From Paraspadella gotoi (taxonomy: Eukaryota; Animalia; Chaetognatha): a DNA stretch of 64,000 nucleotides. Under the pieces are notes generated by a model. That model worked only from the letters and a program-made list of their open reading frames with translations. It was not told the origin of the DNA and searched no databases. Below are positions 55,901 to 64,000 of the stretch, piece by piece. The position numbers and the translations under genes were made by a program. Numbering within the stretch: the first letter of the stretch is position 1; the number at the start of each line of letters is the position of its first letter. Location of the stretch: positions 2,770,026 to 2,834,025 of the forward strand of contig CM119269.1 of NCBI GenBank assembly GCA_051294375.1. The letters run 5' to 3'.

Positions 55901-58900
55901 TCAAAAAGAGTTATATTTTTTTATCAACTTTTTATGACGAATCCAAATCTGCAAAAAAATCTTAGAAAAAACTGTCTTGAAATTTTAACATTTATTGATT
56001 AGTACTAGTATAAATATGGCCTACTGCATAAATTGTAAAATTTATTATAAATTTTTTTATTACATAAATGTTCATTAGTATAATGTTGTTCATTCCTCAC
56101 TTTTATAATTTTAATTAAAGTTAAATTTAGAAATTTTACTACGCTTTATTCCATAGGACCCTTCCAAAGATGAGTAGACGATATGAAAAAGTCTTTACAT
56201 TTTTGGTATGACTGCGTATTCAATAATGGGCCAAGATTGATGTAATTCCGGTGACAAGTACTGTTGAGTGTTACATTTAATTCGCCCCATACTGCAATAT
56301 CCAAATGAATTTAGTTACTGTATTATATGGGGCAGAGTGCCCTGAGGACAAAATTCGGAAAAATTATATTAAAGGAAATCTTATTTTATACTAGTAACAT
56401 AGTATATTATGCCGTATAAATAACATAGATTGATGGTTTATAAGTCAGGGACCTAATCCCGGTAATTGCACGATATTTCAAGTTACTGCAGCATACAGCT
56501 TCGATTTTTTTTAAGATACAAAATTTTAAAGTACAAACTGATTGATATTGCTTGTTATACAAATTTGGCTTATGCTAGAAATTATTTTTTTTTTTTGAGA
56601 AATCCATAAACAGTACTCTTTCAATACCACCAAAAATAAACCCACTATGGTGGACTAAAATCCACCAACCGTTCTATCAGCGGCCAATGGTGCCGGAGGC
56701 AAGTCATTCGCCTCCCAACCCAAAGGTCCGGGGTCTAGCCCGGTGGCCGCCTAGCAGTTAAGAGGGACGGGCGCTTAACCCGCCTGTAAACATGGTGTTA
56801 CAGCCTGATCCGAAGCTCAGGGACTGCTTATATTGAACGGTTCTGTCATTAACACTTATCAATAATTACTGTCTCTTCATTGGTGAGCCCAACTTCCAAA
56901 CACACAGCAAACAACAACACTTTCAGGCGACATGCCTCAACCTGGCGATGCACTTTCCGCCCACAACACATCAGGCGACATGCCTCAAGTTGGTGACGCA
57001 CTTTCCACCAAACACAACAATTCACTGAAGAGACGCAACAGACTTCTCCCTATGGGAGGGGGATGTATGGTGGACTAAAATCCACCAACCGTTCATCAGC
57101 GGCCATTGGTGCCGGAGGCAAGTCATTCGCCTCCCAACCAAAGGTCCGGGGTTCTAGCCCGTGGCCGCCTAGCAGTTAAGAGGACGGGGCGCTTAACCCG
57201 CCTGTAACATGGTGTTACAGCCTGATCCGAAGCTTAGGACTGCTTATATTGAACGGTTCTGTCATTAACACTTATCAATAATTACTGTCTCTTCACCACT
57301 AGGTTGATCATTGTAACTTTTGCAGGAGTGCCAATATTTATATGTAGTTTATTTTTAACTATTTGGGCACGGAGCAAACATGACTCATGGTTTTAGGTTG
57401 CTTCCCATACTAATGTTTTTCGACAAAGCAAAACTAAATACAATCCAAAAGATAAAAAAATCCTTAACTATTCTTCTGTTATAATAAAAAATAAAACAAT
57501 TATGTAAAACAATCGTGCGTGGGGGAGGATCAATTAAGGGGGTAAGATTCAAGTCCGAACTCTGTACAAAACTTACTATATATGATTTTGGAAACAATAT
57601 TTTAATTAGGGTAAGATTAGGGTAAGAATAAACTTTTAAATTAACCTACTTCAAAAAATTTTGAACAGGTACTTTTAATTTAGAGGAATTCTTAAAACAA
57701 GCCACACTGTCAAAAAAATTTTTGAAGGTAAGAATATGGATAAATTTTATCCATCGAATTTTAGGTAAATAATTAGTCAGATCTGCTAATTGCAGATTCC
57801 GACTCTATAATCCACTTTGTTGGTCCGTCGGTCCACCCCAAAATCTTGTTGGTAAATCATTTTTATTATATCAGAACATCAAATTATAATAAATTAAACC
57901 AAAAAAAACCGATGTCCATCTGTCTGTCCGTTCGTCCCCCCTTAGCAAAAACTACCATTACTCGTGATTGGATGGTTGGATTGGAATAAAATTTTGTGTG
58001 TGATTGAGCGGAATATAAAGTTTTGATGGAATCGTGCGAGTGGAAATTAGTTTAAATTGAAAAAACATAAGTCATATTTACTTGAATCTTTTTTATGATA
58101 TTCTTCGAGCGACGTCGACTCCTACGTTAGTTCGCCACATATTAATTCACAATTGACTTTTGAAGCCAAGTAAAAATGAAATAGATTATTTTAATTTCCG
58201 ACAGGTTTTAGATACTACAGCATATCAAATGAAATCAAGTGAGATTCAAAAGCGACAAATCATCATCATTTTGATCATTGTGGGATTCGTCCTCCAATCA
58301 ATCGCAGGAGTCACTGTGCAGCCTTACTTGATCTCTAAACTCAAAGGAATTTTCTGTTACTACATCGCTCTTGAGTACTTCTCCATCTTTGCCTGTTCGC
58401 TTACCTGGTTTGTACTGTATCAAATAATGGTAAAATATTTCGAAAACGCTAAAAGTTTTGTATTAGTTCCTAATTTAAACTATTTAATTTTTAAAATCAA
58501 AATTTTAATCCTTGTATACCAGATTTTTATAAATTTTCGAAAAACCTTTATATGCCTATTGCTTTATGACCTTTACAATATGGTTTGTTTTAAGAATTCA
58601 CAGCTGCTAAAAAAGTCGTTGTACGATTTGTTCTTTCAATTTACAATTTTACTGCTTTTCAATTCAGTGGACATAACTTTGGTCATCATTAATTATACCA
58701 GTAACATGGCATATCTTAAATTTGATTCTCTAGAATTCCAAACTGCTAGGATTTGCCTGAATGGAAGCTATGACAGGTAGTGCAGTATATATTTTATATT
58801 ATGATAGGTTTATCTTTTAACTTATTTTGGGCAGCGAGAGCAAACATGACTCATGGTTTTAGGTTGCTTCCCATACTAATGTTTTTCGACAAAGCAAAAC

Positions 58901-61456
58901 TAAATACAATCCAAAAGAAAAAAAATCCTTAACTATCTCTCTGTATAATAAAATAATAAACAATTATGTAAAACAATCGGTGCGTGGGGAGGATTCATAT
59001 TAAGGGGGTTTAAGATTCAAGTCCGAACTCTGTAAAAACTTACTATATATGATTTTGGAAACAATATTTTAATTAGGGTAAGATTAGGGTAAGAATAAAC
59101 TTTTAAATATAACCTACTTCAAAAATATTTTGAACAGGTACTTTTAATTTAGAGGAATTCTTAAAACAAGCCACACTGTCAAAAAAATTTTTGAAGGTAA
59201 GAATATGGATAAATTTTATCCATCGAATTTTGGTATAATTAGTCAGATCTGCCTAATTGCAGATTCCGACTCTATAATCCACTTTGTTGGTCCGTCGGTC
59301 CACCCCAAAATCTTGTTGGTAAATCATTTTTATTATATCAGAACATCAAATTATAATAAATTAAACCAAAAAAAACCGATGTCCATCTGTCTGTCCGTTC
59401 GTCCCCCCTTAGCAAAACTATCCATTACTCGTTGATTGGATGGTTGGATTGGAATAAAATTTTGTGTGTGAATTGAGCGGAATATAAAGTTTTGATGGAA
59501 CGTGCAGAGTGGAAATTAGTTTAAATTGAAAAAACATAAGTCATATTTACTTGAATCTTTTTTATGATATTCCTTCGAGCACGTCGACTCCTATGTTTCT
59601 AGTTCGCCAATATTAATTCACAATTGACTTTTGAAGCCAAGTAAAAATCGAAATAGATTATTTTAATTTCCGACAGGTTTTAGATACTACAAATATCCAA
59701 TGAAATCAAGTGAGATTCAAAAGCGACAAATCATCATCATTTTGATCATTGTGGGATTCGTCCTCCAATCAATCGCAGGAGTCACTGTGCAGCCTTACTT
59801 GATCTCTAAACTCAAAGGACATTTCTGTTACTACATCGCTCTTGAGTACTTCTCCATCTTTGCCTGTTCGCTTACCTGGTTTGTACTGTATCAAATGATG
59901 GTAAAATATTTCGAAAACGCTAAAAGTTTTGTATTAGTTCCTAATTTAAACTATTTAATTTTAAAATCAAAATTTTAATCCTTGTATAACCAGATTTTTA
60001 TAAATTTTCGAAAACCTTTATATGCCTATTGCTTTATGACCTTTACAATATGGTTTGTTTTCCACTAATATATAAAGAATTCACAGCTGCTAAAAAAGTC
60101 GTTGTACGATTTGTTCTTTCAATTACAATTTTACTGCTTTTCAATTCAGTGGACATAACTTTGGTCATCATTAATTATACCAGTAACATGGCATATCTTA
60201 AATTTGATTCTCTAGAATTCCAAACTGCTAGGATTTGCCTGAATGGAAGCTATGAATTATTTTAGTTCTTATATCTATCAAATATGCTGTGTTGATACAA
60301 AAAGAAATTAAAGAGCGAAATGAATTTTTCTGCAGACATTTGTCTCCGCTTAGTAAATTGACAATAGGTTGACAACATCTTTTACAGTCTATTCTGTCGT
60401 AGGGTTCGCCTCAGTGTCATGGAAATTACTTGTAAATGGCATTGGGAATTGATTATAGCTATGCTTAAGTTTATGAGTGACTCGTGTTTCGGTTTTACAG
60501 TTATGATCATTTATCTTGTATCCTTTCCTCATTTGCGCAAATTAAAGATAAAACAAAAGGCATGATTAAAATTTAAAATTAAAGTTTTTGATGAAATTTA
60601 AAGGGAACCTAATTAGACGGAACCATAAAATATAAATATGTATATGGATTTTTTCTTTATTTTATAAATTTTCTTATTAGCATTCACATATCCAATTTCT
60701 TATTTGCACAAAGATTTTCAAACTATTATTTCACTACTCATTAGATTCAATTTTGACCGGGAGAAATGTCCGTCGACCTCGAAGGAGCACGTCTATCGAT
60801 TCGTCTTTTCATGGGCTATCTATTGGTGTATGTAGTTTTTAAGTGTTTAAAAATATGTTCTAGGTGTTACAAAAGCGTTAAAGTCACGTGACTGCAACCA
60901 AAAACATAATTCCATGACTAAGTCAGTAATTTTATTTATTTACATGTATATTTTACTCATGTAGTTTTGCTTTACACTTGTTTTTGGAAAATGCACAGAC
61001 AGACAGACAGAAAGAAAGAAAAAGCTTCCTCCACGAATAGGCAGATATCGTTTATCTCTTACAATGTATGACTTTTTACTCATTGTTTTAAAAAAAATAT
61101 TATCAAATTCATTAAATAATAAATTACAGATACTCCTCGAAATTATTTTTCCCCCCCTAACCCGAAAAAATCCGAAGTCGAATGTTTAAGGCGTCAATCC
61201 TGATCCCATTATCCCTTACCTCTTTCCTCGCCCAAGACTTCTCCTCGTATGAATTTTTATTTATTACAAACAATCTTAAAAACTTTATTTTCTCAAAGAT
61301 TCGCGCTTTTCCAATCCCCGAGTCTTTAAATTTCTGAAATTTTTTCTTTCCCATTGCAATAGCATTTTCTCCGGCCCTTTCCTAATCAGCGAAGAGTTAC
61401 GCTCGAGGGTGAGAGGGTGAGAGATAGAGAAACAGAGGAGAGAGAGAGAAGAGAGA

Positions 61457-61489
<33 letters not shown>

Positions 61490-63575
61490 AATGCGAAATG
61501 CCGACATACAAATACGGTAAACCGACATGAGTCTCAGGCTCTTAACTTGCCCAGCCTNNNNNNNNNNNNNNNNNNNNNNNNNTGAATTATTTTAGTTCTT
61601 ATATCTATCAAATATGCTGTGTTGATACAAAAAAGAAATTAAAGAGCGAAATGAATTTTTCTGCAGACACATTTTGTCTCGCTTAGTAAATTGACAATAG
61701 GTTGACAACATCTTTTACAGTCTATTCTTGTCGTAGGGTTCGCCCTCAGTGTCATGGAAATTACTTGTAAATGGCATTGGGAATTGATTATAGCTATGCT
61801 TAAGTTTATGAGTGACTCGTGTTTCGGTTTTACAGTTATGATCATTTATCTTGTATCCTTTCCTCATTTGCGCAAATTAAAGATAAAACAAAAGGCATGA
61901 TGTCAAAATTTAAAATTAAAGTTTTTGATGAAATTTAAAGGGAACCTAATTAGACGGAACCAAAATATAAAATATGTATATGGATTTTTCTTTTATTTTA
62001 TAAATTTTCTTATTAGCATTCACATATCCAATTCTTATTTGCACAAAGATTTCAAAACTATTATTTCACTACTCATTAGATTCAATTTTGACCGGGAGAA
62101 ATGTCCGTCGACCTCGAAGGAGCACGTCTATCGATTCGTCTTTTCATGGGCTATCTATTGGTGTATGTAGTTTTTAAGTGTTTAAAAATATGTTCTAGGG
62201 TGTTACAAAAGCGTTAAAGTCACGTGACGGCACACAAAACATAATTCCATGACTAAGTCAGTAATTTTATTATTTACATGTATATTTTACTCATGCTAGT
62301 GTGGTTGAGCTACACGTCCCCCCCCACATCTCCTCACCTCGGTGAGTACTGTGAGCAGGATCGGGGTAAGGAGCGAAAGGATGCAGCTCTTGTTGGCGTC
62401 GCTTCGGTGAGTGGAGAGGAAATACTGAAAGGGTCTTGAGACGGCGAAGCAACGAGTCACGGCGATCATGACCGTGCACCACGCGTTGAGTTCGAGGAAA
62501 GTCTCGTAGACGTTTCTGTCGGTGGGGTTGGAGGTTTGAGGGTTGAAGAGGGATGGGTGTCGGGTGAATGGGGAGAGACAAATCGATACAACATCAAAAT
62601 ACAAATATCATATATTTCTTAAGTTAGCATTTATATGTCCGTACACAATGTGTACTACACATGGATCAGAAAGGTTAAAATTCCGCGTGATTTCATGACT
62701 TCCCTTCTTCCCTTCTTACGCTTCTTATCTGATTTTGTCGTAAATTGTATTTGGTCTCTCTTTTAGGTCTTTAACCCTTACGATAATCACGACCAAATAC
62801 GTAGTTAATCCACTTCCATGCAAGTCGAAACATTTTTTTTTACTCACCTAGGCGCTTTACCCGGTATGTCAAGACGAATGACGATAAGTCCGACCAGCAT
62901 CAGCACGTCTGACAGAGACAGCAGCACCAGCTGCAGCAACGCCGGGTTAAGCCGCACACGGTTTCCGGTGCCGCCTGAAAGAGGAAAATGAGCAGAAGAG
63001 CATTTTAAAAATCCACCAACCGTTCATCAGCGGCCATTGGTGCAGGAGGCAAGTCATTCGCCTCCCAACCCAAAGGTCCGGGGTTCTAGCCCGGTGGTCG
63101 TCAGGCAGTTAAGAGAGACGGGGCGCTTAACCCGCCTGTAAGCGAAGCTCAGGGACTGCTTATATTGAACGGTTCTGTCACTTACACATAACAATAATTA
63201 CAGTCTCTTCAGCATCTCGTTCATCTGTCAACATCTTTCACGATCTTCACGTCGCTCACCTGCTACTCTTCCTTGCTGGAGAAAGACCGTGATGGTGATA
63301 GCGTTGAGACAGATGCCGACGGCGGCGAAGCTCCAGATGGCGACGCTCCACGGGTTCAGCGGCACTAACGCCTCTTCGTCGTCGTAGTAGGAGTAGTCGC
63401 AGTCGTAATCGTTACAGTCCAGTAACATTTTTTGCTCCAGCGGCGGCGTCAGTCGCTCTTCCAGCGAAGGAGTCATTCGCTCCTGTTCCGACGATCCCTG
63501 CTCCAGGACTGGGGACGCGTCGTACGTATCGTAGCTAAAACTGTAGTAGTTCGGATCCCAACTGTAGCTATACAT
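46177..63575 (-). CDS. Class A (rhodopsin-like) GPCR of the FMRFamide/peptide-receptor-like type, divergent
   Basis: Exons: 63575-63260 (Tyr/Asp-rich N-term; TM1 [13 protein letters not shown]), 62974-62848 (TM2 [10 protein letters not shown]), 62515-62338 (TM3 [21 protein letters not shown]4), 48267-48116 (TM5 [16 protein letters not shown]), ~47777-47479 (ICL3; 299 nt, needs one indel), 46873-46177 (TM6 [17 protein letters not shown]7 [13 protein letters not shown], acidic tail). Phases match across the 14-kb intron. Confidence 0.8.
48777..53352 (+). CDS. Aldo-keto reductase (Tas/YajO-like branch) with N-terminal extension, nested antisense in the GPCR intron
   Basis: Exons: 48777-48985, 49111-49362 ([14 protein letters not shown]...[10 protein letters not shown]), 51368-51514 (Y...SESIIGRWL...VGTK), 51585-51867 ([16 protein letters not shown]...GKVRYIG...QMNYSLL), 52113-52256 (WSPLRNGLL), 52620-52706 (KTMAQ; GC donor), 53131-53352 ([10 protein letters not shown]...TGA). 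Asp/Tyr/Lys/His tetrad intact. Confidence 0.93.
49444..49551. repeat. 25-bp tandem repeat (4+ copies), each with the palindrome GCCAATGATTGGC
   Basis: Unit TCGCGCCAATGATTGGCCTTGAACG at 49444, 49469, 49494, 49519. Confidence 0.95.
50416..50731. repeat. Degenerate (ACCG)n tetranucleotide microsatellite
   Basis: Read directly; lies in AKR intron 2. Confidence 0.95.
52329..52594 (-). mobile_element. tRNA-containing solo-LTR-like element in an AKR intron
   Basis: Ends TGTGG...CTACA (TG..CA) with flanking 4-mers CATC/TATC. Minus strand carries A-box TGGCTCATTGAG and B-box GGTTCCATCCC about 55 nt inside the end. Related copy at 25119-25349. Confidence 0.55.
53766..54600. repeat. Composite tandem-repeat block: two ~69-bp units, ~120-bp units rich in CCCTAA, and five 70-bp units (54088-54437)
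   Basis: CACTATAAGAGCTTAGTAGGGTGGATGAC twice; TTCAACTCCATGCCTCTCCCC-AACCCTAACCC three times; ACAGACCATCAGTTTTACATCCGACCACGGAAAAATTCCTACCACCTCCGTTACCCTTCCTACCGAGTAC with a 70-bp period. Confidence 0.85.
55385..57564. mobile_element. Non-autonomous Tc1/mariner-type DNA transposon (TA-flanked, 26-bp TIRs, internal foldback) carrying a nested TRIM
   Basis: TA|CAGGGTTTGGACTTAAAACTTACCCC (55385-55410) versus GGGGTAAGATTCAAGTCCGAACTCTG|TA (57539-57564), 22/26 complementary; long imperfect internal palindrome ~55660-56030. Confidence 0.6.
56646..57295 (+). mobile_element. Complete TRIM (miniature non-autonomous LTR retrotransposon) with a tRNA-like sequence in each LTR
   Basis: LTR1 56646-56879 and LTR2 57066-57295, both ending TCTTCA; PBS-like TGGTGAGCCC at 56881; PPT GGGAGGGGGA just before LTR2; TSD CCAC (56642-56645 / 57296-57299). 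The tRNA-like module GCGGCCA...TGGCCGC has A-box TGGTGCCGGAGG and B-box-like GGTTCTAGCCC. Confidence 0.88.
57352..60254 (+). repeat. ~1.45-kb tandem duplication (57352-58772 / ~58815-60254); 60252-60963 is also repeated at 61583-62296
   Basis: Copies are near-identical and differ mostly by small indels; the second pair straddles a 25-N gap. Confidence 0.85.
58205..61900 (+). CDS. Highly divergent multi-pass (7TM/GPCR-like) membrane protein, present as duplicated, indel-damaged copies
   Basis: Reconstructable hydrophobic helices: [18 protein letters not shown]; [21 protein letters not shown]; [intron] [22 protein letters not shown] (DRY-x-C-x-P-like); [18 protein letters not shown]; [16 protein letters not shown]; [14 protein letters not shown]; [19 protein letters not shown]. 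No single copy is intact. Confidence 0.55.
63007..63211 (+). mobile_element. Diverged, 5'-truncated solo LTR of the tRNA-bearing TRIM family, in GPCR intron 1
   Basis: Aligns to 56657-56879 with substitutions and a ~20-nt deletion; ends TCTCTTCA. Confidence 0.85.
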
Positions 63576-63868
63576 TATTGGGAGGGTTTTCGGCGGAAAA
63601 AGATGGAGATGTGACGTGGGGGGGGAGGGATTTTCGAAGGCTGCTCGGGTTTTAAATCCAAGTTAGCCGATCGGAAGAGGATAAGTTCCTCGGCCGATGG
63701 GGAGAAAATGCGTTTGTGAGCCGATCGAGAAAGGAAGCGTTCGTCAGCCAATCGGGATAAAGAGCTTCATAAATTGCGTTTTTTCTCCATTCGTTTTTTT
63801 TCTTGTCATCATTGTTTTCATTGAACGCCCCTGAGCGACGCTAAGAAAACGACGCGTTTTGGTTGAGC

Positions 63869-63968
63869 CAATCTGGGGGAACGAGGCGGCGTCATCGTTA
63901 AGTCAATCTGGGGGAGCGAGGCGGCGTCATCGTTAAGTCAATCTGGGGGAACGAGGCGGCGTCATCGT
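63869..63968. repeat. 35-bp tandem repeat, about 3 copies, upstream of the GPCR start
   Basis: Unit CAATCTGGGGGAACGAGGCGGCGTCATCGTTAAGT at 63869, 63904, 63939. Confidence 0.9.
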
Positions 63969-64000
63969 GACCCAATTGAAGGGATTTCTCGTTCGAATGA

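Noticed and set aside
56680-56751. Functional tRNA-Gly gene
   Set aside because: D and anticodon stems pair poorly, there is no oligo-T terminator, and the unit is part of an LTR present three times in the window.

Overview
Eukaryotic (invertebrate animal) genomic scaffold: AT-rich introns, GC-rich exons, abundant (GA/CT)n microsatellites and 13 N-gaps. Four of the gaps are exactly 25 N, and nearby sequence is indel-riddled or duplicated, which suggests noisy long-read gap filling. I read six spliced protein-coding genes by hand: (1) a 5'-truncated PLP-dependent acidic-amino-acid decarboxylase of the CSAD/GADL1/GAD family (<1..6159, +); (2) a synaptotagmin-15-like gene (~25470..42458, +); (3) an animal-type mitochondrial alternative oxidase, AOX (44919..43263, -); (4) a rhodopsin-like peptide GPCR (63575..46177, -), whose ~14 kb third intron holds (5) an antisense aldo-keto reductase (48777..53352, +) and (6) a duplicated, highly divergent 7TM-like gene (~58205..61900, +). 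Mobile DNA includes a Tc1/mariner transposase fragment, a scrambled Ty3/Gypsy pol, foldback/MITE-like elements and a TA-flanked non-autonomous Tc1/mariner element. The most notable signals are an inverted pair of minimal type-I hammerhead ribozyme motifs in a Penelope-like pseudo-LTR arrangement (7383..7713), a complete miniature LTR retrotransposon (TRIM) whose LTRs carry a tRNA-like Pol III module (56646..57295), a second tRNA-bearing solo-LTR-like family, and three GC-AG introns sharing AG|GCGAG in three neighbouring genes. All calls are from manual reading; no searches were run.
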